A stretch of DNA of 53,546 bases from Candidatus Kuenenbacteria bacterium RIFCSPHIGHO2_02_FULL_39_13 (GTDB taxonomy: Bacteria > Patescibacteriota > Patescibacteriia > UBA2196 > GWA2-42-15), in the NCBI GenBank assembly GCA_001783595.1, contig MFMW01000029.1, positions 1 through 53,546 of the forward strand. Reading direction: 5' to 3'. Within the stretch, counting starts at the first letter, position 1. The number at the start of each line of letters is the position of its first letter. The notes beneath the pieces were generated by a model. The model was given only the letters and a program-made list of their open reading frames with translations. It was not told the DNA's origin and ran no database searches. Positions 8,404 through 18,047 of this stretch are shown here, in pieces. Made by a program: the position numbers and the translations under genes.

Positions 8404-9609
8404 CTAAAAGCTAGATGACATATTATACATAGGCATAATCACAGCAGCGACCATAACGCCTACGCCCAGACCCATAATAACCATAATCATTGGCTCAATC
8501 AGACTAATCAGATTAGCGACGGAAGATTCAACTTCACGGGCATAAAAATCCGTCATTCTGGAAAGCACTTCGCCCACGCGGCCTGTTTTTTCACCCACGG
8601 AAAGCATGTGGGCGATCATCGGCGGCACTTGTTTGCTTTCTAAAAAAAGAGCGGCCACGGAATTGCCATCTTCCACATTGCGGGCGGTGCGCAGAATTAA
8701 ATCTTTATAATAAGCATTGCCCACCACATCACTGACAATTTCCAATGAGGTGGTAATGAGCACGCCGCCTTCAACTAAAGTGGACATACTGCGGGTAAAT
8801 CTGACCAAATATATTTTCTGGAAAAGCCCGCCAAAAACAGGCAATTTAAGCTTGGCAAAATCCCAATATTTTTTAACCATTGGTTTTTTAAGGGCAAATT
8901 TAATAGAGACAAAAACAATAATCGCGACAATGATGATTGCCCACCAGAAGTTGACCATAAAATCACTGGTGCCGACAAGCAGCCTGGTAGCCAGAGGCAG
9001 TTCACCGCCAGTTTCGGCCAGAATGGCCGTAATTTTTGGCACGACAAAAACCATCATAATAATACCGACGCCAAAGAGGGCGCTCAAAATAAAAGCAGGG
9101 TAAATCATGGCGCCTTTGATTTTACTCATCAAGGCGTAGTCTTTCTCCTGCTCGTCAGCTAAATAATTTAAAACCTTATCCAAAGAACCGGAAGTTTCGC
9201 CGGAACGAATCATTGCCACAAAAAAGGGGCTGAATGCCTTGCCGTGACGTTCCATGGCATTAGACAGTTTTTCACCGCCGTCAACATCGTCGCCGATTTC
9301 AGAAATAATTTGCCTGAAACGGGGATTGTCTATCTGCTCGCTCAAAATGCGCAAAGACTGAACAATCGGCAGAGTGGCGGAAAACATCACGGCCAACTGG
9401 CGGGAAAACATAACTATATCTTTGGTTTTGATGCGATTTAAAAAAGGGATGTTGATGTTCAGTAAATTCTTTTTGCCTTCGCGCTCTAAAGATAAAATAA
9501 TTAAGCCTTGCTCGCTTAATGTTTTATTGGCCTCCCCTTTGTCTTGGGCTTCAATTACGCCTTCAACGACTTGGCCGTCTTTGTCTCTGGTGCGATAACG
9601 AAAAAACAT
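8404..9609 (-). CDS. pilC: Type IV pilus platform protein (GspF family)
   Basis: FSRQLAVM, GETSGSLD, GAMIYP, GEKTG, LIEP. Confidence 0.95.
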   Translation of the reverse strand: MFFRYRTRDKDGQVVEGVIEAQDKGEANKTLSEQGLIILSLEREGKKNLLNINIPFLNRIKTKDIVMFSRQLAVMFSATLPIVQSLRILSEQIDNPRFRQIISEIGDDVDGGEKLSNAMERHGKAFSPFFVAMIRSGETSGSLDKVLNYLADEQEKDYALMSKIKGAMIYPAFILSALFGVGIIMMVFVVPKITAILAETGGELPLATRLLVGTSDFMVNFWWAIIIVAIIVFVSIKFALKKPMVKKYWDFAKLKLPVFGGLFQKIYLVRFTRSMSTLVEGGVLITTSLEIVSDVVGNAYYKDLILRTARNVEDGNSVAALFLESKQVPPMIAHMLSVGEKTGRVGEVLSRMTDFYAREVESSVANLISLIEPMIMVIMGLGVGVMVAAVIMPMYNMSSSF

Positions 9610-9622
9610 AAAATAAGGTGTA

Positions 9623-9707
9623 GGTCATTGCGGTGCCTTTGGCACAACGCAATGCCCGTTAGGGCTGCTCGGAGTGAAACTATTCACTCCTCGCTTAACG
9701 CCCTAAC
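9623..9707. other. Intergenic tandem double hairpin (REP-like or structured RNA)
   Basis: CATTGCG-GTGCC/GGCAC-CGCAATG and GTTAGGGC-GGAGTGAA/TTCACTCC-GCCCTAAC stems. Confidence 0.7.
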
Positions 9708-10788
9708 TGGTTCTAAATTTTTGCGCCGCTGATTGAAAATTGCTTTTATTAACAGCCAATTCCAACGCGTCTTTATATTCTATCTCATTTGTTTTGACCA
9801 GTTCTAAAAGCGCCTGGTCAAGACTGCGCATGCCTTCTTCGCGTGAAGTTTGGATAACACTGGTGATTTGGCCGTAACGGCCTTCTTTAATAAGCGCGCT
9901 GCTGGCAGAATTGGCAATCAAAATTTCAGTCACGGTAATTTGCCCGCCGCCGCGACGGGGAGCCAGCTGCTGAATAACAACGGCTAGCAGAAACTCGGCC
10001 AGTAGCGCGCGAACCTTATCAGCTTCGGCATCAGGCGCTAAGGCCACTAATTTAGCTATGGCATCAGCGGCTGAATCCGCTTCAGTAATAGAAATAACTA
10101 AACGGCCGCTGGAAATTAAGTCAAAAACTGAAACCAAGACGGTATAATCTTTAATAGTTGATAAATAGACCACGTCAACATCGCTGTCTTTGCTAAAAGC
10201 AAGAGCGGCCTTAAAAGTTTCCGTGTCTCGGCCGACTTCGCGCTGGTCAACAATGCTTTTAGCTGGAGTAAGAATGAATTCAATCGGGTCTTCAATGGTC
10301 AGAATATATTTTGACTGGCGATTGTTAATATAGTTTAAGAGCGACAAAACTGTGGTGGTGCGGCCGGAACTATGATAACCGGCAACTACTAACAGCCCGC
10401 TTTTTTTAGTTAAAAGCTCAATAACTTCCTTGGTCAAACCAATGCTTTCCGGGTCGGAAATGACGTTTGGAATATAAGTGAAAATTAAAGCCAAATTATT
10501 TTTCTGGTAAAAAACATGGACTTTGAAGCGCGTGCCGCCCTGAAAAGTATAAATGGTGATAATTGATTTTTGGGCGGCGAATTTCCGCTGTTCTTCTTTG
10601 CTAAGGATTATATTCAGCGCATCGCTTAAAAAATCTTTTTGAACCACGGTTTCGCTTTCCAGGGGAATTAATTTTTGATCAAGGCGCACAATCGGCTGCG
10701 AACCAGTTTCAAGATGCAGGCGCGAAGCGCCTAATTTCACTGTTTGGCTAATGAGTTTATTTAAGATGATGTTTGATTGACTAGACAT
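9703..10788 (-). CDS. PilT/PilU-like protein with degenerate ATPase motifs
   Basis: TIEDPIEF, QREVGRDT and EGMRSLDQAL retained; Walker A GYHSSGRTT, Walker B and His box degenerate. Confidence 0.88.
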   Translation of the reverse strand: MSSQSNIILNKLISQTVKLGASRLHLETGSQPIVRLDQKLIPLESETVVQKDFLSDALNIILSKEEQRKFAAQKSIITIYTFQGGTRFKVHVFYQKNNLALIFTYIPNVISDPESIGLTKEVIELLTKKSGLLVVAGYHSSGRTTTVLSLLNYINNRQSKYILTIEDPIEFILTPAKSIVDQREVGRDTETFKAALAFSKDSDVDVVYLSTIKDYTVLVSVFDLISSGRLVISITEADSAADAIAKLVALAPDAEADKVRALLAEFLLAVVIQQLAPRRGGGQITVTEILIANSASSALIKEGRYGQITSVIQTSREEGMRSLDQALLELVKTNEIEYKDALELAVNKSNFQSAAQKFRTS

Positions 10789-10794
10789 AGAAAA

Positions 10795-12534
10795 TTAATC
10801 TTTAGTGACGGTGAGCACTTCTTCCACGCTGGTTTTGCCTTCCAAGGCTTTAATTAAGCCGTCTTGCTTTAAAGTGAGCATGCCTTGTTTGATAAAAATT
10901 TCACGGATTTTGCCTAAGTCGCCGCCTGAATAAATAACGTTTTTTATCTGGTCGCTGACATCTAAAACTTCAACAATGGCCATGCGGCCTTTATAACCGG
11001 TGTGGTCGCAGTGCGGACAGCCTGCGCCTTTATAAATTTTCACAGCGCTCAAATCTTTAAGCTCGGCTGGCAGACTGATTTCGGGAATGCTTTTATAGGT
11101 TTCTTCCACTTGCGGTTTTAATGTTTTGGGCATTTCTATTTCACTTTTACAGGCAGTGCAAATGGTGCGCACCAGCCTTTGGGCAATGACAACATTTAAA
11201 GTAGAAGCCAGTAGAAAAGGCTCTATTTTCATATCAATCAAGCGGGGAATGGCGCCAAAGGCGTCATTGGTGTGCAAAGTGGAAAGGACACAATGGCCGG
11301 TAAGAGAGGCATGGATGGCCAGCTCGGCCGTTTCATTATCGCGGATTTCACCCACCATAATAATGTCTGGATCTTGACGCAAAATTGAGCGCAGACCAGA
11401 GGCAAAAGTAAATTTCACTTCCGGTCTGACTTGCGATTGATTAACGCCTTGCAAATAATATTCCACCGGGTCTTCCAGAGTAATAATATTAACGTTTTCC
11501 TGATTTAAGATTTGCAGGGCGGCGTAAAGAGTGGTTGATTTGCCAGAACCAGTCGGGCCAGTAACCAAAAACATCCCGTGCGGCTTTTTAATGTTAGCCC
11601 GCATCAAGGCTAAATTTTTTCCTTGGAAACCAAGCTCTTCCCAAGTGGAAACGCCGCTAGAAGTGTCTAAAATTCTCATCACGACTTTTTCTTGGCTGTA
11701 AAGAGGCAGGGTGGAAACGCGAAAATCAATATTTTTATTGTTAATATTTAAACGAATGCGGCCGTCTTGAGGCAGGCGCGTTTCATCAATCTTTAAATTG
11801 GACATAACCTTGATGCGGGAGATGATGGCGGCATGAATATATTTGGGTAAAACCAATGAGATCTGCAATTGGCCGTCAATCCTGTATCTGACCCTTGACT
11901 CGCCTTGGGTGGGTTCAATATGAACATCGGAAGCGCGTAATTCCACGGCGTGTTTTAAAATAACGGCCACCATTTTGGAAATGGGCGCTGACTTAATAAT
12001 GCGCTCCATTTTTCCTTCAGCGGCTTCTGCCTCCCCCTCTTCAGTAAATTTGCCATGGGCAATTCTCAAGGCTTCGCCCACCTCTGATTTTAAGCTGCCG
12101 TATTGCTGGAGAGCTTGCTGAAAACCAGCAGGAGAAGCAATATAATATTTTATTTTCAAATTTCTCCCGCGGGCAATAAAGTCTGCGGCTTCACGGGCTT
12201 TGAGATTAAGCGGATCAACCAGCGCAACATGGATGACATCGCTTTCAGCCTTGAAAACAACCATTTGATAATTTTCAGCCAGATCCTGGGGGAAGATTTG
12301 CAAAGTTTCCAAAGAAATTTTTTGATCGCCTAAAACGATATTAGACAATCCAAAAATATCGGCTTTAGCCGCGGCGATATCCTCATCAGAAATCTTTTTG
12401 CTCTTAATTAACTCTTTTTCAAACTGGGCAAGTACTGGTTCTATTTTTAATTTTTTAACTTCAACTGGCGTGATTTTGCCTTGAGCCAAAAAATATTCCA
12501 ATATTTTCTGTTTTAATTCTTCAGGCTTCTTCAT
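10795..12534 (-). CDS. pilB: Type IV pilus assembly ATPase
   Basis: ASDVHIEP, RLPQDGR, GPTGSGKST, LRQDPDIIMVGEIRD, STLHTND, CxxC...CxxC. Confidence 0.96.
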   Translation of the reverse strand: MKKPEELKQKILEYFLAQGKITPVEVKKLKIEPVLAQFEKELIKSKKISDEDIAAAKADIFGLSNIVLGDQKISLETLQIFPQDLAENYQMVVFKAESDVIHVALVDPLNLKAREAADFIARGRNLKIKYYIASPAGFQQALQQYGSLKSEVGEALRIAHGKFTEEGEAEAAEGKMERIIKSAPISKMVAVILKHAVELRASDVHIEPTQGESRVRYRIDGQLQISLVLPKYIHAAIISRIKVMSNLKIDETRLPQDGRIRLNINNKNIDFRVSTLPLYSQEKVVMRILDTSSGVSTWEELGFQGKNLALMRANIKKPHGMFLVTGPTGSGKSTTLYAALQILNQENVNIITLEDPVEYYLQGVNQSQVRPEVKFTFASGLRSILRQDPDIIMVGEIRDNETAELAIHASLTGHCVLSTLHTNDAFGAIPRLIDMKIEPFLLASTLNVVIAQRLVRTICTACKSEIEMPKTLKPQVEETYKSIPEISLPAELKDLSAVKIYKGAGCPHCDHTGYKGRMAIVEVLDVSDQIKNVIYSGGDLGKIREIFIKQGMLTLKQDGLIKALEGKTSVEEVLTVTKD

Positions 12535-12559
12535 TTATATATAAATAAGTTAATATATT

Positions 12560-12925
12560 TTATTCTCCCTCTTCTTTAACTAGCTCTGCTAATGGCGCAA
12601 AGGGGTCGGCTTTGCCCACGTTTTTGGGAATAATCGGCCAATCGCCTATCTTTTTAAGATTAGTGAATAAATCGTGTTCCACCGGCGAGCTGATTTCTTT
12701 TTCGCTCGGCTGGCTAGCCTCTTCGCCAGCGACAGGCAGTAAATAGTCAACAATGCCTTCTCCATTAAGCGGCATATTCATCATAGCAGAATCCATCTCG
12801 TTAATATTACTCCCGGAATTCTTTTGAAAAATATAAATATTACCCACAACCATGAGGATAATAATCAAAATATAGATAATTAATCTTTTTTGGGAAATTT
12901 TCGCTTTAGCCAACATATTATTCAT
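12560..12925 (-). CDS. Small membrane protein at the PilP position of the cluster
   Basis: N-terminal TM helix, C-terminal GKADPF; located after pilO. Confidence 0.65.
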   Translation of the reverse strand: MNNMLAKAKISQKRLIIYILIIILMVVGNIYIFQKNSGSNINEMDSAMMNMPLNGEGIVDYLLPVAGEEASQPSEKEISSPVEHDLFTNLKKIGDWPIIPKNVGKADPFAPLAELVKEEGE

Positions 12926-13541
12926 TATAGTAAGCTTTTAAAGAAAGGGTAAGACTCCCGTCAGCCGGGTCAAAAGAATAGCTGGTGATATCAAGCAGCC
13001 TTAAATTATATTCTAGGGCGCTAAAAAGCTCTTTGAGTTTGGGATAGCTTACTTCAGAAAGTTCCAGTTTAATGTCGGCATAGTTGATATTTTCTTTGGG
13101 GTCTGGCGCCGGCCCAGCTGTGGCAGAAGATGAATCAGCGCTTGCCGCGCTCACTGGCTTTTTGGTTTTTTCTAATTCAACAGTCTCAATGGAAATATTA
13201 TCAAGCGCTATGCCCAGGCTTTGAACCAAACTCTCCAAATTGACATAAAGAGAAGCTTCTTCAATCTGGTCAGGTAAAATGACGTTTATTTTATCCTTAT
13301 TAAGCGCGCTAATGTCTTGGTAATTATTAAAAATTTTTTGGTCGCTGGCAAGCAGGTCCAGATTTTGCTCCAGCTGGCTGTCCAATGAATCAAAAAAAAT
13401 TTTATCCTGCCGGTAACTGTTGTAAGCTGGCTTGATAAAAAATAAATAACCTGGTATAAGGATAAACAAAAATAAGATAAAGATTAAAATGTTAAACTTG
13501 GCCAGATAAAACGGTTTTTTATTTTTTTTAGTTGCCAACAT
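12918..13541 (-). CDS. pilO: PilO-like alignment protein
   Basis: TM helix, coiled coil, ILPD, SYPKLKELFSALEYNLRLLDI; synteny. Confidence 0.82.
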   Translation of the reverse strand: MLATKKNKKPFYLAKFNILIFILFLFILIPGYLFFIKPAYNSYRQDKIFFDSLDSQLEQNLDLLASDQKIFNNYQDISALNKDKINVILPDQIEEASLYVNLESLVQSLGIALDNISIETVELEKTKKPVSAASADSSSATAGPAPDPKENINYADIKLELSEVSYPKLKELFSALEYNLRLLDITSYSFDPADGSLTLSLKAYYNE

Positions 13542-13547
13542 ATAAAA

Positions 13548-14495
13548 TTAGTCTTGGTAAATAACTTTTTTATTGAGCTCAAAAGCAAAAGCAGCCTCAA
13601 CAGAGGAAACTTCATTGGTCGCCTCGTCTTTATTAATATTAATGCTCTGAACCGTCACCTTGCCGTAATCAACGTTATTTTTAAAAACAACGAGCTGCTC
13701 GGCAATATCGCGCAAGGTAAGCGCTCTTGCCTGCAAATCAATGTGATACTCATCGTCAACGTCAAGTGAGGTAAAATAAAGATTGGCCACGGTGTGTTTT
13801 TCCAAGGTGGGGAAAAATCTGCTCCAGTAAATATGGCCGTTAAAAAGAACAAAAAGCTTATTCATCTTAACTAATAACTCCCCATAATTTTTTATTTTAT
13901 CCTGCACATCATTTTTTTGCTCTTCAATTTGCCTGTTTTGCTCTGCCAGCAGGACAATGTCTTTTTCATATTGGCTAACTTTGGTGCGATAGAAAACATA
14001 AGGGCTAATAACCGTTAAAAAACCTATGATGATAATAAAAAGATAGCTGTAAAGCATCTGCTTGTCAGTTAAGAAGTGCTCTCTTTTGGGCAATAAATTG
14101 ACGTTTAGTTCATCTTCATTTTTTTGGCTGCCGGCTTTTTGCTCTTTCAATTTTGTTGCTTCAAGCGCCTGATTTTTATCTTGAATAATATGGCTAATAT
14201 GTTTTTGGGCAGCGCCAGGGTGAACGTTTTTTTTAAGAGACATAATAAACGGCGCTTGCGGCGGACGCGCAAACTTTGATTTAACGGCATTAATTAATTT
14301 ATTCAATAACGACTGCATCCGTTTTCCGTCTTGGGAATAATTGAAATGAGTATCTTTTTTAAGCTGCTTAATTTTTAATTTGTCATTTTTGTCAAGACGC
14401 AAATCTTCAGGCAAAAGATTAATCTTCTTTTCCTTTGATTCGTCTGGCAAAGAAGCCTTGGTTGATTTTGGCAAATGGTCAATGGATTCAAACAT
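13548..14495 (-). CDS. pilN: PilN-like protein with an extended N terminus
   Basis: NLLP motif(s), TM helix, coiled coil, HIYWS; between pilM and pilO. Confidence 0.8.
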   Translation of the reverse strand: MFESIDHLPKSTKASLPDESKEKKINLLPEDLRLDKNDKLKIKQLKKDTHFNYSQDGKRMQSLLNKLINAVKSKFARPPQAPFIMSLKKNVHPGAAQKHISHIIQDKNQALEATKLKEQKAGSQKNEDELNVNLLPKREHFLTDKQMLYSYLFIIIIGFLTVISPYVFYRTKVSQYEKDIVLLAEQNRQIEEQKNDVQDKIKNYGELLVKMNKLFVLFNGHIYWSRFFPTLEKHTVANLYFTSLDVDDEYHIDLQARALTLRDIAEQLVVFKNNVDYGKVTVQSININKDEATNEVSSVEAAFAFELNKKVIYQD

Positions 14496-14499
14496 ATTT

Positions 14500-15711
14500 T
14501 TAGATTTCCCTCATCGCTAGACCGACTGCTACGGCAAAACGGGGGCCGAGTTCAGAGAGAACAGGTTTAAGCTCCAGGGGGTAAACAATTTTATCCCAAG
14601 GGTCGCCAATAATAACTTTAACATCAAGCAATTTTGACAGATAGCTGACTAATTCGGGCAGCCAAGCGCTGCCGCCGGTAAGAATAATTTTTTCTAAGGA
14701 CATATTATGCTTGCTTTGGGAGAGATAAATGTCAAGTGAATATTTAACCTCATTAATAATGGGGTTTAAGGTGTTTTTGATAATCTCCGGCAGATCGCTC
14801 GGACCAAGAGCGGAAAAGCCGATATCGCGTTTAAATTGCTCGGCGCGGGAAAGGTCAACGTTCAAGCTGGTCATCACCGACTTGGTAATGGCTGAACCGC
14901 CCACATCAATGCTTCTGGTAAGAATAGGGATGCTGTTGTCAATAATCGTCACGTCAGAAGAAACGGCGCCGATATCAATGATCATCACTGGAGCAGGATC
15001 GCCGGCCAGCAGCGAACGTTCAAGGGCAAAAGCTTCTGTTTCCAAACTCAAGAGATTAAGGTCGGCAGCTTTAAAAATCCTGATGTATCTTTCAACTATT
15101 TTTTTAGGGGCGGCAGTCAAAAGAACTTTAAGACTATCCCCCTTTTTTTTGTTCAGTTCCGCGGCGTCTTTTTTTTTATTTTTTTTAAACAGCTTGACAA
15201 AAGAAATTGTTTTTTTGTCGTCTCCTTCAGCGCTAGAATTATTTTTTTGGTTACTGTCTTCCTGGGCGATTTTTTCTTTTTTAAGCGCCGGCGGCTCAAG
15301 CTGTTCAAGTTTATTTTTAAGCTCAAACCGGGCAGGCACGATTTTCCAATCAAGCGTCATTTTGTCAATGGGCAAAGGGACAAATTTTTTGGCCTCCCAT
15401 TGAATAGCTTGGGCTAAATCTTTTTTATTCATCCGCGGCAAACTGATAATAGAGCTGAAAACAGAAAAGCTGGGCAGGGCGGCGATGACTCGCTTGGAAA
15501 CCATATGGCTCTTATGATAGATTGTTTTGATAATGGCCACGATTTTATCTTCCATTTCCACTGACGAAGCGCGGACAATATCAGTTGACTGCTCAACATA
15601 ACCATAGGTAATAAGAACCGCTCGACCGCCTCTGTTCTGCACTTCAACCATTTTAATGGCTGAAGTGCCAAGGTCAACACCGAGATAGCTTTTTTTATTA
15701 AATAAATCCAT
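14500..15711 (-). CDS. pilM: PilM actin-like pilus protein
   Basis: LGVDLGTSAIKMVE, WEAKKFVP, IIDIGA, ILTGGSA, AVGLAMR. Confidence 0.93.
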   Translation of the reverse strand: MDLFNKKSYLGVDLGTSAIKMVEVQNRGGRAVLITYGYVEQSTDIVRASSVEMEDKIVAIIKTIYHKSHMVSKRVIAALPSFSVFSSIISLPRMNKKDLAQAIQWEAKKFVPLPIDKMTLDWKIVPARFELKNKLEQLEPPALKKEKIAQEDSNQKNNSSAEGDDKKTISFVKLFKKNKKKDAAELNKKKGDSLKVLLTAAPKKIVERYIRIFKAADLNLLSLETEAFALERSLLAGDPAPVMIIDIGAVSSDVTIIDNSIPILTRSIDVGGSAITKSVMTSLNVDLSRAEQFKRDIGFSALGPSDLPEIIKNTLNPIINEVKYSLDIYLSQSKHNMSLEKIILTGGSAWLPELVSYLSKLLDVKVIIGDPWDKIVYPLELKPVLSELGPRFAVAVGLAMREI

Positions 15712-15852
15712 AGTTCAATGGTTAAACAAAACCTATGTGTATATTATAACATAATAAAAGCAAAGTATAAAATACAATAAATTGACTTGCCAGCGCAAAA
15801 AAGATATATTTAAATTATTAGTAATTAAATTAGCAATTAAAAAAGAAAAAAT

Positions 15853-16404
15853 ATGGAAATTCTATACATTATCTTGGCCTTGGCGGCAATAATTGTATTT
15901 TGGCTGATGGCCGTATATAATGGGCTAATTCGCCTGAAAAATCGGACTGATGAGGCTTGGTCTGATATTGATGTGCAATTAAAAAGAAGGTATGATTTGA
16001 TACCAAATCTGGTGGAAACTGTTAAGGGCTACGGTAAACATGAACGAGAACTCTTTGAAAATGTAACTAAAGCAAGAACAACTGCCATGACAGCCAAGAA
16101 TATGGAAGAAAAAGGCAAGGCTGAAAATATGCTTAGCCAAACTTTGAAAAGTTTGTTTGCCGTGGCTGAAAATTATCCACAGCTAAAAGCATCGGAAAAT
16201 TTTGCCAAACTGCAAGATGAGCTGTCTGACACCGAGAACAAAATTCAAGCGGCCAGAAGATTCTATAATGGCCAAGTCAGAGATTCCAACATTAAAATCC
16301 AGGTATTCCCAAATAATATGGTTGCCGGCATGCTGAAATTCACCAAGTATGAATTTTTTGAAGCGGATGAGGATGAAAAAGAAAATGTGAAGGTAAAATT
16401 CTAA
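15853..16404 (+). CDS. lemA: LemA family protein
   Basis: AWSDIDVQLKRRYDLIPNLV, AVAENYPQLKA, ARRFYN. Confidence 0.96.
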   Translation: MEILYIILALAAIIVFWLMAVYNGLIRLKNRTDEAWSDIDVQLKRRYDLIPNLVETVKGYGKHERELFENVTKARTTAMTAKNMEEKGKAENMLSQTLKSLFAVAENYPQLKASENFAKLQDELSDTENKIQAARRFYNGQVRDSNIKIQVFPNNMVAGMLKFTKYEFFEADEDEKENVKVKF

Positions 16405-16405
16405 A

Positions 16406-17305
16406 ATGTATTCCCAAATAGATTCTAACAAAAGGAAAACGGTGCTATTGATGATAATCTTCATCGCTTTTATAATTGGACTGGCTTGGCTATTTACAAG
16501 AATTTATCCGGAATACGGATACGGGCCGATTGTAATTGCCATCGTGCTAGCGATATTAATGTCAAGTGTGAGTTATTTTTCCGGAGACAAAGTGGCGCTG
16601 GCAACGGCCGGAGCCAAAGGGCCGCTTGAAAAAAATGACAATCCTTATGTTTATCGCTTGGTGGAAAATCTTTGCATTACCGCCGGCATGCCAATGCCTA
16701 AGGTCTATATTATCCAGGATGACGCTCTGAACGGTTTTGCCACTGGCCGAGATCCAAAACATGCTTCCATCGCCTTGACTCAAGGCATAATTAATCGGCT
16801 GGAAAACGAAGAACTGGAAGGAGTGATAGCCCATGAGCTGTCCCATATTAAAAATTATGACATAAGATTGATGATGATAGTTATAGTTTTGGTGGGGATT
16901 ATCGCCCTACTGGCTGATTGGCTGATGCGCATTCAATGGTATGGCGGAGGAAGAAAAAAATCATCTGGCTCCGGGGGAAATTTAGGAGCTATATTAATGA
17001 TAGTGGGAATAATCTTGGCCATCCTCTCTCCGCTGATTGCCGAGCTTATAAAACTAGCAATATCTAGAAAAAGAGAATTTTTAGCTGACGCCAACGGTGC
17101 GCTTTTAACCAGATACCCAGAAGGGCTGGCCAGGGCCTTAGAAAAAATAGCGCGAAGTGAACCGCTTAAACGGGCAAGCAATGCCACGGCTCATCTATAT
17201 ATTACCAATCCATTCGGAGCAAAGGCCAGGTCAGGCATAAAAAAATTATTCTCAACTCATCCAGCGCTGGCAGAACGGATTGTTGCCTTAAGGCAAATGG
17301 CTTAA
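16406..17305 (+). CDS. htpX: Zinc metalloprotease HtpX (M48)
   Basis: NGFATGR, AHELSH, SRKREFLAD, FSTHP; follows lemA. Confidence 0.95.
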   Translation: MYSQIDSNKRKTVLLMIIFIAFIIGLAWLFTRIYPEYGYGPIVIAIVLAILMSSVSYFSGDKVALATAGAKGPLEKNDNPYVYRLVENLCITAGMPMPKVYIIQDDALNGFATGRDPKHASIALTQGIINRLENEELEGVIAHELSHIKNYDIRLMMIVIVLVGIIALLADWLMRIQWYGGGRKKSSGSGGNLGAILMIVGIILAILSPLIAELIKLAISRKREFLADANGALLTRYPEGLARALEKIARSEPLKRASNATAHLYITNPFGAKARSGIKKLFSTHPALAERIVALRQMA

Positions 17306-17310
17306 AAACT

Positions 17311-17343
17311 TATTAACCCCTTATTAATAATTGGGGTTAACTT
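17311..17343. repeat. 33-bp hairpin repeat, copy 1 (terminator position after htpX)
   Basis: TATTAACCCCTTATTAATAATTGGGGTTAACTT, identical to 26370-26402. Confidence 0.9.
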
Positions 17344-17410
17344 GATAATTTTAGCCAATGATGTAAAATCACATTAGAAAAGGTATTTATTAATAATTAA
17401 TAATACAACT

Positions 17411-17551
17411 ATGGGTTTTTGGAATAAGTTATTTGGAAAAAAAAGAACTGATCAAGCAAAAACAGAGGAAACAGTGGCCAAGCCAGCAGCTCCGGCAGAT
17501 GAAGACAAAGAAGAATCTGCTGATGTTAGCCAAGATGAAAGTGATGAATAA
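17411..17551 (+). CDS. 46-aa small protein with an amphipathic N terminus and acidic tail (not in the ORF track)
   Basis: MGFWNKLFGKKRTDQAKTEETVAKPAAPADEDKEESADVSQDESDE; TTGATA-16-TAAAAT upstream, terminator downstream. Confidence 0.7.
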   Translation: MGFWNKLFGKKRTDQAKTEETVAKPAAPADEDKEESADVSQDESDE

Positions 17552-17562
17552 CTCATTTTGGT

Positions 17563-17597
17563 AAAAAATATCCCGATGTAAAGTCGGGATATTTTTT
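17563..17597 (+). terminator. Intrinsic terminator, possibly bidirectional
   Basis: AAAAAATATCCCGA/TCGGGATATTTTTT. Confidence 0.85.
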
Positions 17598-17690
17598 GTG
17601 CTAAACAAAACGATTGACATACTTTATTAAATATACTAACATATTGCCATAATTCACTGATACCTTTAAACGAAAAGGGAGAAAAAGAAC

Positions 17691-17990
17691 ATGAATAAAC
17701 AAAATTCAGTCTGGAAGAGGATGCTGGAGGAGGGGAAACAAAATTTAAAAACGTTGGGGGGGTTGATAAACCTGATTGATATTATTTTTCTGATAGGGGT
17801 GGTAATCTTTGAGGGATTAACAGAAAAAAGGGGAGAGGGGAGGAAAAGTCATTCTTTCCCAAAAGGGAAAATAAAAGAAGACTGGCTAAGATCTTCACCA
17901 ATTCTTTTGGTACCTTTTCTTCCGCTCATAATCGTCATTCTGTGGCTCGCAAAAAGTAAATGGGGTGAATATGAAGAAGAACTTTGGTAG
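17691..17990 (+). CDS. Hypothetical small membrane protein (two hydrophobic segments)
   Basis: 99-aa ORF, AAGGGAG upstream, TTGACA-17-TAACAT promoter at 17614-17642. Confidence 0.55.
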   Translation: MNKQNSVWKRMLEEGKQNLKTLGGLINLIDIIFLIGVVIFEGLTEKRGEGRKSHSFPKGKIKEDWLRSSPILLVPFLPLIIVILWLAKSKWGEYEEELW

Positions 17991-18047
17991 TTAAAATAAT
18001 AATAAAAATAAACGAGGAGGTAAATCACCAAGGAGGAAAGAAAAAAA

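Noticed and set aside
14729..15403. 224-aa antisense ORF and the other short shadow ORFs
   Set aside because: They lie opposite or within well-supported genes and show no recognisable motifs.
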